From Ginglymostoma cirratum (lineage: Eukaryota): 64,000 bases of DNA. The stretch spans positions 23,119,041 to 23,183,040 of the forward strand of contig JAHRHZ010000075.1 in the NCBI GenBank assembly GCA_024137785.1. Reading direction: 5' to 3'. The position numbers and the translations under genes were made by a program. This document shows, piece by piece, positions 13,255 through 27,654 of the stretch. Within the stretch, counting starts at the first letter, position 1, and each line of letters starts with the position of its first letter. Below the pieces are notes generated by a model. That model searched no databases and was not told the origin of the DNA. It saw nothing but the letters and a program-made list of their open reading frames with translations.

Positions 13255-15100
13255 TTTGATGATCCCTTAAGAATATCTTCTCTTAGTACTGTTATGTCCT
13301 CCCTTATCAAAAGGGCAACTCCCCTTCCTCACTTACTTGTACTTCTGTCATGCCTGTAGCTTCTCTATCCTGCAACATTGAGCTGCCAGTCCTACCTTTC
13401 TTGCAGCCATTTTTCTGCTATGGCTATAAATATCCCAGTCCCCAGAGCCAATCCATATTCTGACCTCATTTGCCTTACCAGTCAGGCCTTATGCATTGAA
13501 ATAAATGCACTTTAAACCAAAAAAAGTCTTTTCCCTCCCTCTACTGTGCCCCTGGCTATCCTGAATAGTAAACTTGCTCTCAATGGCTAATGCATTTTCC
13601 CCTGACTTCTCAATGGCCCCTCCCTTACTCAGACTCTCATCCACCTGCCAAACTAGTTTAAACTCTCCTGGGTAACACTAGCAAATCTTATCACAAGGAT
13701 ACTGGACCCCCTCTGGTTCAAGCGCAACCTGCCTCTCTTGTACAGGTCACCTCTACCCCAGAAGAGATCCCAATGATCCAAGAACTGAATACCCTGCCTC
13801 CTACACCAGCTCCTCAGCTACGCAGTCATCTGGCCTATCTTTCTATTTCTATCCTCACTGGCACGTGGCACTGGGAGTAATCGAGAAATCACTATCCCTG
13901 CTTTTTAACTTCTTACCTAACTCCGGGACCCCAATCCCTTTGTTTATGAATGTCATTTGTACCAATGTGCACAATGACCTCTGGCTGTTCACTCTTCCCC
14001 CTTCAGAACATTCTCAACCGCTCCGACAACCTTGACCCCAGCACCCAGGAGGCAACACATCATCCTGGGGCCTCTTCTGTGGCCACAAGATCTCCTGTAC
14101 CCCTCACAATTTAGTCTCCTTTCAATATTGCTCTGTCTGACTGCATCATCCCTCTCTACTTTGCTCACAGCATCATTAAATAACAAAGCCACACATTCAC
14201 CTGTGATAACAAGCATGGGGCTGGATGAACACAGCAGGTCAAGCAGCATCATAGGAGCAGGAAAACTTGACGTTTCGGGCCTAAACCCTTATCAGAAAAC
14301 CACACATTTACCTGTTCCTGTTTTCCTGTCATTCCTAAATGTCTTCCACACCTCAAGAATTTAGGTCCTGTCAACTTTAGCCCAGAGATGTCCTGAACTC
14401 TGGCACCACTCAGACAACACAGACATCTGGACTTTTTGCTATAGACAATGGTGTCAATCCTTCTCACTGCCTTGTTCCTTACTTGACCTACATTTTTCTT
14501 ACTCTGTTCTCAAGTGGTTTCCTGCATTATGGTGCCATGCTTAGGTAGCTCACCCTTCCTGCATCTCTCACCCTCATCCAAACAAGATGAAAGACCCTCA
14601 AACCTGTTGGGTAATTGCAATAATTGGAGGGTCTTGTGCTCCTGCCCTCTGTAAATGAGGCAGATAAGGAGACCCAGTCACATTCACCTAGCCCTGAATA
14701 CTTGCCCAATCAGATAGTTGAACCCGAAGTGATGTGACTCCCTCTTGGTACAAAAGAATCCTTGATGCATCCTGATGTCTGTAGCTCAGCTTAAAGTCTG
14801 AGCTGAAGCTGCTTGTACTTTAGACATATATTGCAGATACATACTGGACAAAATGGGTATCAATATTGCAACTGTGACTCATTACCTGTCCACCCAAGTT
14901 TAACATGTTCTAAGGAACTATTTAATTATTGTACTTAGCTTTATATTTATTTATGTTCTTATGTATTTTATTAATATGATTTACAGCTGCTATACCAATT
15001 TGAAGCTCAGGAGTTGAATAAACCTTAATCACTTACCAGATGCTCACCAATTAACCAGCTTATTCTCCTGTAGCAGAGCAAGAATCAATTCCTGGAAGCT
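13255..15100 (-). mobile_element. CR1 5' part: ORF1 SGNH-esterase remnants and start of the ORF2 endonuclease
   Basis: Minus-strand remnants CCLLGAGVK and CCLSGARVQD, GTNDI, WGRGDLYKR..LNQRG. The CR1 ORF1 esterase is established knowledge. Confidence 0.65.
14205..14299 (-). mobile_element. ~95-bp solo hammerhead-bearing PLE terminal unit with TSD
   Basis: Core ctgataagggtttaggcccgaaacgtc (14295-14269); flanks ccacacattcacctgt (14189-14204) and ccacacatttacctgt (14300-14315). Confidence 0.8.
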
Positions 15101-15684
15101 GAAAATGTTTAGGCAAAAACAACCAAAAAAAAAAAAAAACAGCCTTCATTTGACTCCAGCACTATTGTAAGTCACACTCAGCACTACGTTGCACGAAGTT
15201 GACTGGCTTTATAAGATCGTAAGTGAGTCCGATGAGCTGAAGTGTTAAGGGGAATCCAGTTTCAGTTAATTCTTAATTAAGTTGCTTTTTCACTGGAACT
15301 CTTGGAAAAAACCCTTAAGGTTGGTAATTATTGAATTTAAGTGTAGATTTCAGTTTAATGTCAACGACATAAATTCCTTCAAAATAAAAAAACTTAGGCT
15401 TTCTTAGCCAGCAACTACATGCACTTAGTCCTCAACAAAGATAAGACTAACTGCTTAGGTGTTAAAATTATGAGGTTCAAATGATCTTTTTGTACAATTT
15501 TAGTATTTATAATAGCTCACATTTGAACTACAGCATCTCAAATGATTTCATATGTTAATGCTAACTGCATGCCAGTAACATTATAGATGTGCTTATTTTA
15601 TTGGAATAAAACTTGTTCTGCATGATCCCATTGCTTGAACAGCAAAATAATAGTTAATTTTTTGTTGAAGAAAAGTTTTGATTA

Positions 15685-15879
<195 letters not shown>

Positions 15880-16135
15880 TTAGGATATAGAAAACACAGT
15901 GCTTTGTGATCCACTGTTACTATAAACGTGCAAGTAGTCTCCACTGCTAATCGCTAGTTTTGTTTTTGCTCTACATGCTTACGAATGCAAAGCAGATTTT
16001 TAGCAACACAGACTCACTTAAGCAACAGATATTCTGAACTCTGCAACATACTATTGAGGCAAGCTTGGATATGCTATTGTTATTGATGATGGTGTCTACA
16101 TTTCTAACTGAACAGACTCGCTATTGAGCTAACAA

Positions 16136-16430
16136 GGGTGGCACGGTGGCTCAGTGGTTAGCACTGCTGCCTCACAGCACCAGGGACCTGGGTTCGATTC
16201 CACCCTCGGGCGACTGTCTGTGTGGAGTTTGCGCATTCTCCGTGTCTGTGTGGGTTTCCTCCCACAGTCCAAAGAAGTGCAGGCTAGGTGGATTGACCAT
16301 GCTAAATTGCCCGTAATGTTCAGGGATATGTAGATTAGGTAGGTTATAGATCTGGGTGGGATGCACTGAGGTTTGGTGTGGACTTATTGGGCCGAAGGGC
16401 CTGTTTCCACACTGTAGGGATTCCATGAAT
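16136..16430 (+). mobile_element. HE1-type V-SINE
   Basis: A-box, B-box, V-domain and tail all present. Confidence 0.9.
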
Positions 16431-17094
16431 AACAGTTGCATTAAAACTAACAAATGAGGAAGAAATGCCTTCAGGCAAAAGATGAGACAAGAGTAGTCAT
16501 ATCGTAGATAAGTAAAAACATTTTATAATGCTTATCTCCACATTTTTTGGCATAGACCAAATGTTTAGGTAAACAGTGATTTTTCACTTTGGCACAGTAG
16601 TTGATTCGGAACTCCAAAGTACAGTGTGAATATGATCTGATGACAACTATTCCATCAATATAGTTCTTCTTCCCACACAATTCCCAAATTAATTGCCAGG
16701 CAAGTTTACTGGAAATTAACGATAAATTACAGTCTGACTTATTCTGTCAATGTACATCAATAAGAACTGAATGCAGACAGCCTCTCTCTTTTTTAGACAG
16801 AAACTTCAGATTATGGCAATCTGGATTCCAATTTGTCTCCATGGATGGGGACAATGGGTTCAAATCTCAAACGTAATCGTGAAGAAGTTCTGATAATCTA
16901 CTTTTCAAGATCATTCTTTCTTAATTTTCATCCTTTTCCAATGTATTACAAGTAGTCAACAGTGTTTGCCTAATGTGTTCCCCTAAGAGGGAGTCTCCGC
17001 ACTCAAGGCCACTCATTCAGAAAAATTAGCTGATAATTCATTAAGTTAAGGTTTTAAATAGCAGAAATCAGATTTTTTCTTTTAAAAAGAACAT

Positions 17095-17122
17095 AAACAA
17101 ACAAACAAACAAACAAACAAAC
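17095..17122. repeat. (AAAC)7 microsatellite
   Basis: Read directly. Confidence 0.9.
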
Positions 17123-17368
17123 AGTCTAGTCGTTTGAATAACAAGGTAGGATGTTCATTTTGTCCTCAGTTTGTCCAGCACTTCCTGTTATATTTGCGAT
17201 TTACAGCATCTGCAGTATTTGGTTTGTAAATCTATTAGTTTGTGTTAGATTTGGACTCTGATCTCGTAGGCAAGAAGCTTTGACTGAACTGTATGCATTC
17301 TAATGTGTTAAAGACTGAATTAATGACAGACAATGAAATGGGTTAATAAATTGCTAAATATCACTCTA

Positions 17369-17596
<228 letters not shown>

Positions 17597-17807
17597 TTAC
17601 TACATATTTTGTAAATGGATACAAGCTTGGCACTAGACCATATGTACAACCACTCCCATTTTACAAGTGGCTCTAGCCAAAATGTGGCAGAACAACATCA
17701 ATACTTTTGACATGCAGAACGGCAATTTTTTTTTTAAAGCAAGTAAAAATGTAGTTAATGACCTTCAATCTATTTTTTACAAATAACTAAAACAATGAGA
17801 ACAGGTA

Positions 17808-18750
17808 GGAGACAGAAGGAAGTGGTAGAGGATTGCTTTTCAGACTAGAGGCCTGTGACCAGTGGTGTTCCACAAAGATCAGTGCTGATTCCACTGCTAT
17901 TCATCATTCATAGAAACGATTTGGATATGAATATGGGACGTGTGATTAGTAAGTTTGCAGATCACACCAAAATAGGTGTAGTGGACAATGAAGATTATCT
18001 CTCAGCACAATGGGACCTTGATCAAATGGGCCAATGGGAGTGGCAGACAGATAAATGTGACATGTTGCATTTTGGTAAAATCAGATCAGGGCAGGACTTA
18101 GACAGTTAATGGTGGGGCACTGGAGAGTGTTGCCGAACAAAAACACCTAGGGGTGCAGGCGCATTGCAAGTGGAGTTGCAGGCAGACAGGGTGAAGGCGG
18201 CGGCATTTGTCATGCTTACCTCCATTTGTCAGAACACTGGGTATAGGAGTTGGGATATCACGTTGCAGCTACACAAGACATTGTTGCGGCCACTTTTAGA
18301 ATTATAGCATATAATTCTGGTTGCCCTTGTATAGGCTGTTAAACTTGAGAAGGTGCAGAAAAGATTTACAAGGATGTTGCTGGGACAGGAGGGTTTGAGA
18401 TAAAGAGAGAGGCTGAATAGGGTGGGGCTTTTCTCCCCTGGAACATTGGAGGCTGAGGGGTGGCCTTATAGAGATTTAGAAAATCATGAGGGGCATGGAT
18501 AGGGTGAATAGCCAAGGTCCTTTTCCTAGGGTGGGGTAGTCCAAGACATCAGGGCATAGGTTCAAGGTGAGAGGGCAAAGCTTTAGCAAGGACCTAACAG
18601 GCCACTTTTTCATGCAGAGTGTGGTGCGTGCATGGAACGAGCTGCCAGAGGAAGTGGTAGAGGTGGGTACAATTACAACATTTAAATGGCATCTGGATGA
18701 GTACGTGAATAAAAAGGGTTTAAAAGGGATTGCTGGCAAATGGGACTGGG
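17808..18750 (+). mobile_element. CR1/HER1 LINE RT fragment
   Basis: VTSGVPQRSVL, ISKFADHTK, FFMQSVVRAWNELP. Confidence 0.9.
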
Positions 18751-18759
18751 TCTGTTCAT

Positions 18760-19060
18760 TCTGTACTGAATTTTGTTTCAAGAAGGTATCTGACAACATA
18801 GAGGCAGTAGACAGTTTGACAGAGGTGGTAAGGTAGTACTGATTGTCATCAGCCATTGCAGAAATTGCACAGTATTTTCGGATGCTACTGCCAAGGGACA
18901 GCCCGAGAGTGAGAAATGGAAGTGCAAGGATAGATTCTTGGGAGACAGCAGAGATTCCAACACAGAAATGGAAAGAGGAGGCCTGGATGATTTCTTTGGC
19001 TATGATTAGCTTGATTAGAATGGAACCGGATGGATGTAACAATGGTAGCAATTCCTAAGG
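18760..19060 (-). mobile_element. Old L2-like LINE RT fragment
   Basis: SAVSQESILAL resembles GVPQGSILGP; ADDNQ resembles YADDTQ. Confidence 0.45.
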
Positions 19061-19234
19061 GAGACTGCTGCCTGTAGATTGAAATTTAATGGAAAGAAAC
19101 ACGGAACTCTAGATTATCAGTAGCAGGGAAAATAATATAATCCATTATAAAGGATGTGATAACTGGGCACTTCAGAAATAATGATCTGATTGAGCAGGGT
19201 AAACAAAATTACAAGAGGAAATGTTTGACAAGCA

Positions 19235-20170
19235 AGGTGTAATAGATGAAGGGGAAACCAGATGCAACATGTTTGGATTTTCAGAAGGCTTTTGTTAAAG
19301 TTCCACACAGGACATTAATAAATAAAATTACAGCACATGGGGTAGGGGTGAATATACATGGATTGAGAATCAGTTAATGGAAATAAAACAAAGAATGATA
19401 TTTTTTTTAAAAACAGGTCATTCTTCGGTTGGCAGGCATTGTAAAATGCAAGGATTAATGCTTGTGTCCAGGTTGTGCATGATCTACAATGATTTGGCTG
19501 TCAAGGCCAAGTGTAATATTCCAAGTTTATGGATGACAAAATTATGTGGAAACGTATTTTCAGGATGATGCAAAGAGGCTTCAAGGAGATTTCAGCAGGA
19601 TAATGGAGGTGGCACGAACATGGTAAATGCAACATAATGCAGATGTTAATTTTGCTAAGAGGAACGAGAAGTGCAGAGTATTTCTTAAATGGTGAGAGAT
19701 TCATAAATAATGACATCTGAAGGGACCTGGATATGTTTGCAGATGAAGCAAGTAATTAGGAAGGCAAGCATACATATGCAATTATCACAAGATGACTTTA
19801 AAAGCGGAGTAAATATGTCTTGTTCTACTGAATAGAATCCTGATGAAAATACATCCAGAACCGGGCACACAGTTTCGGTCTTCTTACTAAAAGGAAGGAT
19901 AAAATTGCCATTGAGAGAGTGTGCAGCAGAGGTTCATGAACCTAACTTGTGGGATGGAGGGATTGTCCAATGAGGAGGGATGGAGGAGAGAGTGTGCCTA
20001 TATTCTTAACAGTTCAGGAGAATGAGAAATGTTCATATTGTAATTTACAAAATTCTTAAATGGATAAGACAAGGTGGATGAAGACAGGATGTTTCCCCTG
20101 GCTGTGCAGGTTTAGAACCACGGGTTGGAGTCTCAGGAGAAGTGTTTTTAAAACGAGAATGAGGAGAAAT
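19235..20170 (+). mobile_element. Degraded CR1 LINE RT fragment
   Basis: ttggattttcagaaggctttt (LDFQKAF), aagtttatggatgac, and CR1-like C-terminal sequence. Confidence 0.65.
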
Positions 20171-20384
20171 TGCTCCACACCTGAAGCTCGGGCTACTGCT
20201 TTAAAGATGTCAGTATAAGTCCCACACGGTGAAATTGGAATTAAATTTTAAAAATGCTCGTCTCATGGTAACCACTAATTTTGACTGTTGTAAAAGCCTG
20301 TCTGACTCATGAATGTCCTTTAGGGAAGGAAATTTTACCGATATGACCTCCATTTTTTATTATTAATTTCTGAGAAATGCAAGA

Positions 20385-23170
20385 TAGAACATAGAACAAT
20401 ACAGCACAGTACAGGCCCTTCAGCCCACGATGTTGTGCCGACCTATTATCCTACTAAGATCAAACTACCCTGCGTACCCTACATAACACTATCATCCATG
20501 TGCCTATCCAAGATTCACTTAAAAGTCTCTGACTCCACTACCACAGCCGGCAGCGCATTCCACACGCTCATCACTCTGCGTGAAGAACCTACCTCTGACA
20601 TCTCCCCTGTACCTTGCTCCAATCACCTTAAAACTATGTTCCCTCGCAATAGTCATTTCCACCCTGGGAAAAAGTCTCTGACTATCCACTCTATCTATGC
20701 CTCTCGTCATCTTGTACACCTCTATCAAGTCACCTCTTATCCTTCTTCACTCCAATGAAAAAAGCCCTAGCTCCCTCATTCTTTTCTCATGAGGCGTGCA
20801 TTCCAGTCCAGGCCAGGCAGCATGGTAAATCTCCTCTGCACCCCCTCTAAAGCTTCCAGATCTTTCCTGTAATAAAGTAACTAGAACTGAGCACAATATT
20901 CCAAGTGATGTCTAACCAGGGTTTTACAGAGCAGTAACATAACCTCGCAGCTCTTAAACTCAATTCCCCTGCCAAATGAATGCCAACACACCATACGCCT
21001 TCTTTACAACCATATCAACTTGGGTAGCAACTTTGAGGGATCTATGGACATGGACCCCCAAGATCTCTCTGTTCCTCCACACTGCCGAGAATCCTGCCAC
21101 TAATCCTGCATTCTGCATTCAAATTCAACCTTCCAAAAATGAATCACTTCACACTCTTCCGGGTTGAATTCCATCTGCCACTTCTTTGCCCAGCTCTGCA
21201 TCCTGTCAATGTCCCATTGCAACCTCCAACAGCCTTCCATGCTATCCACAACTCCACTAACCTTCGTGTCATCAGCAAACTTACTAATCCACCCTTCCAC
21301 TTCCTCATCCAAGTCATTCTAAAAATCACAAAGAGCGGAGGTCCCAGAACAGATCCCTGCGGAACACCACTGGTCACCAAGCTTCAGGCTGAATACTTTC
21401 CATCTACTATCACCCTCTGACTTCTATCGGACAGCCAAATTCTCCTGAATCCCATGCCTCCTTACTTTCTGAATGAGCCTACCATGGGGAACCTTATCAA
21501 GTGCCTTGTTAAAATCCATATACACCATATCCACTGCTCTGCCTTCATCGATGTGTTTTGTCACGTCCACAAAAGAATTCAATAAGGTTTGTGAGGCAAG
21601 ACCGGTACCTCTCAAAGCCATGCTGACAATTTCTAATCAAACTGTGCTTTTCCAAATAATCATAAATACTACTCCTAGAATCCTCTCCAATAATTTGCCA
21701 ACCACAGAAGTAAGACTGACCAGTCTATAGTTCCCAGGATTATCTCTATTCCTTTTCTTGAACAAGGAAATGACATTTACCACCCTCCAATCATCTGGTA
21801 CTATTCAAGTGAACAGTGAGGACACAAAGATCAGCAGCAAAGGGGCAGTAATCTCTTCCCCTGCTTCTCATAGTAGCCTTGGGTATACCCTGTCTAGCCC
21901 AGGGGACTTATCTATCGTCATGTTTTTCAAAATTTCTAGCACATCCTCCTTCCCAACATCAACCTGTTCAAGCATATCTGCCTGTTTCATGTTGTCTTCA
22001 CAAATGTCAGAGTCCCTCTCACTAGTGAATACCAAAGCAAAGTATTCAATAAGGACCTCCCCTACCTCCTCTGACTCCACGCACAAGTTCCCTCCACTAT
22101 CCCTGATTGGCTCTACCCTCACTCTGGCCATCTTCTTGTTCCTCACATAAGCATAGAACACCTTGGGCTTTTCCTTGATCCTAGCCACCAAGACTTTTTC
22201 ATACCCGCTTCTAGCTCTCTTAAGTCCATTCTTCAGTGCTTTCCTGGCTACCTTGTAGATCTCTTATAGCCCTGTCCAATCCTTCCTTCTGCAACCTTAA
22301 GTAAGTTTCCTTCTTCCTCTTGACTAGATGTTCCACATGTCTTGTCATCCAAGATTCCTTCATCTTACCATCCCTCCTTTGCCTCAGTGGGACAAACCTA
22401 TCCACCACACGTAGCAAGTGCTCCCTAAACAACCTCCACATTTCTGTTGTGCATTTCCCTGAGAACATCTGTTCCCAATTTATCTCCGCAGTTCTTGCCT
22501 AATAGCATTGTAATTCCCCCTCCCCCAATTAAATACTTTCCAATACCATCTGCTTCTCTCCCTCTCCATGATTATAGTATAGGTCAGGGAGTTGTGATCA
22601 CTATCACCAAAATGCACTCCCACCAAGAGATCTGACACCTGACCTGGTTCATTGCCAAGCACCAAATCCAATATGGCCTCCCCTCTAGTCGGCCTATCTA
22701 CATATTGAGTCAGAAATCCTTCCTGGACACACCTGACAAAATCTGCTCCATCAAAACTATTTGCACTTAGGAGGTTCCAGTCTATATTAGGTAAGTTGAA
22801 GTCACCCATGACAACAACCCTATTACTTCTGCACCTTTCCACAAACTGTCTCCCAACGTGTTCCTCAGTGTATCTGTTGCACAGGAGGTGGGGTCTATAG
22901 AAAACTCCCAATAAAGTGACTGCTCCTTTCCTGTTTCTGACTTCCTGACCTCCCTTTCTGCAGCTGTGATACCATCCCTGATTAGCAATGCCACTCCCCA
23001 ACTTCTTTTACCTCGCTCCCTCCTGCTTTTGAAAAATGTATACCCCAAAACATCCAATAACTATTCCTGCCAGTGTTATCCAAGTCTCCGTAATGGCCAC
23101 AACATCGTAGTTCCAAGTACTGATCCATGCTTTAAGTTTGTCACCCTTATTCCTAACACTTCTTGCATTA
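20385..23170 (-). mobile_element. CR1/HER1 LINE ORF2 (APE endonuclease + RT), internally deleted
   Basis: VVVMGDFNLPNIDW, ILDLVL, GDSDH, KSPGLD, MDFNKALDKVPH, GVPQGSVLGP, SKFADDTK; (ttctatg) tail at ~20385. Confidence 0.93.
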
Positions 23171-23199
23171 AAGATCTAGAATGGTGGTACACAGTCTTG

Positions 23200-23650
23200 A
23201 GGAGTTCAGGGTCGGCTCCTGCTCTAACTTGAATGCACACCTGGTCAACGTCCACATCAATCTTCCCTAAATTTGAGATCATCAAAAGCTCTCCTTCCCA
23301 TGTTCCAACTTGTACTAAATGCTGTCCAACAATCCTCTGGTCACTCACCTATAATGGCTCCCAGTTTGGCTTTTTTTTTTAAAATGCTTATCTTGGCTTC
23401 AAATCTTTCAACAATCTGGCATCTTGCTAATAATTATAACATCTCATCAGGTCTTAAATCACTCAGATTGTTGCACTCCCTGTTCCGATGCAACCCATAT
23501 TTAGGCAATGTTTTAAAACCCACTTCTATGACTCAGCTTCCAGTCTTTTTAAATAATTTGTTCTTATATTGCTTGGTCTAGTTTTATAACACCCAAGTGC
23601 AGCACTTTGTGATGTTGAAACATTCTAAAGATACGTTACAAATACAAGTT
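23200..23650 (+). mobile_element. Old L2-like LINE 3' fragment
   Basis: Degenerate tttaaaatgcttatcttggctt (FK.LIL) and L2-like tail gcactttgtgatgtt...aaatacaagttgctgtt. Confidence 0.4.
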
Positions 23651-23958
23651 GCTGTTTTTGCTAAATCCTCAAGTTCTTCCTCAGAAAACAACAAAATAAA
23701 ATGTTGTACTTCTATTTCTGGGTCAAGACTATATCTCAGGATATTGTCGTAAGAACATTGTGTAATGTCCTTTCACACAAAGGCTACTGTCAAAGACCAA
23801 AGAATTTGTGTGAAACCAAACACAAAAATTATTCCACAAAAAAAACCCACCACGTAATGGGTGTGTATACAGAGCTGGGGGAAAAAAAAAACACATATCT
23901 TAGTAGAACTTGGGAGAACAAAATCTGAAGAAAATAAGTTCAAATAACTCCATACTTA

Positions 23959-24640
<682 letters not shown>

Positions 24641-25325
24641 ATTCGGCCCTGTCTGACTCTACTGCCCTGTCCCAAGATCTAATCCTCACATTTGTAACTT
24701 CCCCAGGAATACTGACATCATTCACAACAGGTTAGAAAACAAAGTGAATTGGAGGAGTGCATATGACTAAATAAAAGCTAGTTAATAGCGTACAGGATTT
24801 TTGAACGAAGATATATGATCAAATCAAAATATATAACATCAGTCATGAAAATTCTGTGTCTCTTACTGTGATTTGACACCACTATCACTGCATATGTCCT
24901 GTCCCTCTGGTGGAGTAGATCATTCAGAGTCAATGCCACAGTCGATAAAGCTGGGAGGGAGTTGCCTGGAAGTCCTCAACATTGACGCCGCACCCCATGA
25001 AATCTCATGACATCAGGTCAAACTTGAACAATGAAACTTCTGCTGATGCCCATGAACCACCCTGTTCAGCTCAGAATTCAGTGTTCCTCTACGTTGTGCA
25101 CCAACTGGTGGAAGTACTGAAGGTAACAAATGCACACATATATTCTGCGTGAGGGAATTCAACACCCACTACCAAGAAAGCTTGACGGCACCACTACTGA
25201 TGAGATTGGTCAAGTCTTTTTTGACTAAACCTGTAGTAGTTGCGAGTGAAGTATTAGAGAAGTCTTATTCACCTCATTCTTACCACCCTGCTTGCTGCAG
25301 TTGTCTGTCATGAAAGTATCAGTAG

Positions 25326-25650
25326 GAGCAGCACGGTGGCTCAGTGGTTAGCACTGCTGTCTCACAGCGCCAGGGACCTGGGTTCGATTCCATCCTCAGG
25401 CGACTGTCAGTGTGGAGTTTGCACATTCTCCCTGTGTCTGCTTGGGTTTCTTCCAGGTGCTTCGGTTTCCTCCCACAGTCCAAATATGTGCAGGCTAGGT
25501 GGATTGGCCATGCTAAATTTCTCGTAGTGTTCAGGGAGGTGTAAAATAGGTAGGTTATAGGGGGATAGGTCTGAGTGGGATGCTCTGAGGGTCAGTGTGG
25601 ACTTGTTGGGCCGAAAGGCCTGTTTCCACACTGTAGGGATTCTGTGATTC
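25326..25650 (+). mobile_element. HE1-type V-SINE
   Basis: Complete head, V-domain and tail. Confidence 0.9.
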
Positions 25651-25849
25651 TGAGAGCGATCACCACACCACAGTTCCTGTAGAGACAAAATCCCATCTTC
25701 ACATTGAGAAAACCCGCTAGCATATTGTATGTCACTACCACTAGATGGGTCAGACTGCAAATAGAGAGTTAGCAAATCCAAGATTGGACAGCCATACGGC
25801 ATTCTAAGCTTTCAGGACCAGCAGAATTATATACACACCACAGCTAGAG

Positions 25850-27425
25850 AACAGGATAACCCAGATAGTCAAGAAATTTAAATATACGTCAGCACAAAAC
25901 CAAGATGGGTCAAACAGCCCCAGCTTCTATGGACTCCCTAAGCTTCTCAGACCAATAGTCTCCTTACCAGGCACACCTACACACAAGCAAGCGAGGGAAT
26001 TACAACAGAGACTTTAACACCTAATTAGCAGATCCCCATAGCCCAAGAATTTCTCACATAGCTCAGGGACACAAAAATTGACAAGTACGAAATCACGATC
26101 TCCTTCGATGTCACAGCACTACTTACATCCATTGACATACCGTTAGCCAGACAGACACTAGTCACACTACTGGAAGGACCAGGAGCACTGACCCTGAACA
26201 CCAGCAACAACATCAGCAAGGACAAATTACTGAAACTACTAGATTTATGCCTCACAATGCACTTCGCGTTCAATGGCCAAATATACAAACAGATCAACAG
26301 CGCACCGATGGGATTATCCATCTCAGGTCACATCGCAAAAGCAGTGATGCAGAGACTGGACATACAGCCCTTCCTATAATCCAACCAAAATTGTGGATAA
26401 GTTACATGGATGACACATTCGTAATAATCAAACACACAAAAGCAAAAGAAACCCACCAACTTGATAACAGCATCTTTGCAAGCATAAAATTCACTAGAGA
26501 GAGGATGAAACAACACAGCTCCCATTCTTAGATATAATGGTAGAGAGATTAACAGTGATTCCTGACCAGAGTGTACAGGAAGGCCACACACATGGACCAA
26601 ATTCTTCAAAAAGCAACCACACCACCATACACAAATGCTGCATTAAGACACTATTTAAATGAGTCATATCACACTACAACACTCCAGAACTCCAGAGAAT
26701 CGAAGAGGAACACCTGCACAAAGTATTTACTGACAATGGATACCCAAGATGTTTTGTCTGCTGATGCCTACAAAAACAAAACAACAGTTAGAGGACAAGG
26801 TAGAACAGAAGACACTAGCAACTCTACCCTATATCAAAAATATATCGGAAATGAAAACCAGACTCTTTAGACCGTGTAGGATCACGATTGTACATAAACC
26901 TACATCAACACCACGTCAAATGCCAAAGACCCCATGCCAACAGTAAACAGGATATACAGAATCCCATGTAGCGGGTGTAACACACATTACATTGGTCAAA
27001 CAGGGAAGAAACTAACGACCAGGATACATGAACACCAGCTGGCAGTAAAAAGACATGAGCAATACACACAGACAATGAAGGCCATGAGTTCGACTGGGAC
27101 AAAGTAACTATACTGGGACAAGTGAACAACATACATGCAAGGGAATTTCTGGAGGTCTGTTTCTCAACACGGGACTCCATTAACAAACACATTGAAATAG
27201 ACCCCGTATACAAACCACTGCTTAAAAAAAAAAAGACAGAATCAGAAGTGATGAGACCCACCACACCAGAGGATCATATAAATTCGGAATTGAGCAGGAC
27301 ACCAATGCCACAATTAGAAGTTGCACTGATGATGTTGCCTAGAATAGTAATGAAACGTCTGCACACCATGGAACAGCTGGATCGGCGAGCAAACAACCAC
27401 TGAATTATACACAACCTAAACCTGT
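25850..27425 (+). mobile_element. 5'-truncated Penelope/Poseidon-like PLE
   Basis: FYGLPK, ISFDVTALLTSI, WISYMDDTF, YRKATHMDQ, HYIGQTGRKL; hammerhead core at 27326-27359. Confidence 0.88.
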
Positions 27426-27632
27426 AATCTGATGGATATATATCCCACTTCAGCACTGATGTCATGCTGGAAGATTGATCTGAGTTCAGTGAAGAGAGGA
27501 GGTGGGCATATCATAAACAACATCTGACATACCTATGACTAAGGTGTCAACCTGGTGAAGCTACATCCCATGACCAAATGGATTAGATATAAGCTCTGCA
27601 GTTTTGCCAGTCATGAACAGAGACAGAGAGAC

Positions 27633-27654
27633 GGGGGGGGGGGGGGGGGGGGGG
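27633..27654. repeat. G22 homopolymer
   Basis: Read directly. Confidence 0.9.

Noticed and set aside
16136-16210. tRNA genes at SINE heads
   Set aside because: A and B boxes run straight into the HE1 body; no complete cloverleaf
25737-25752. CTCF-like ccactagatgggtc
   Set aside because: Poor 3' half and located inside a decayed LINE
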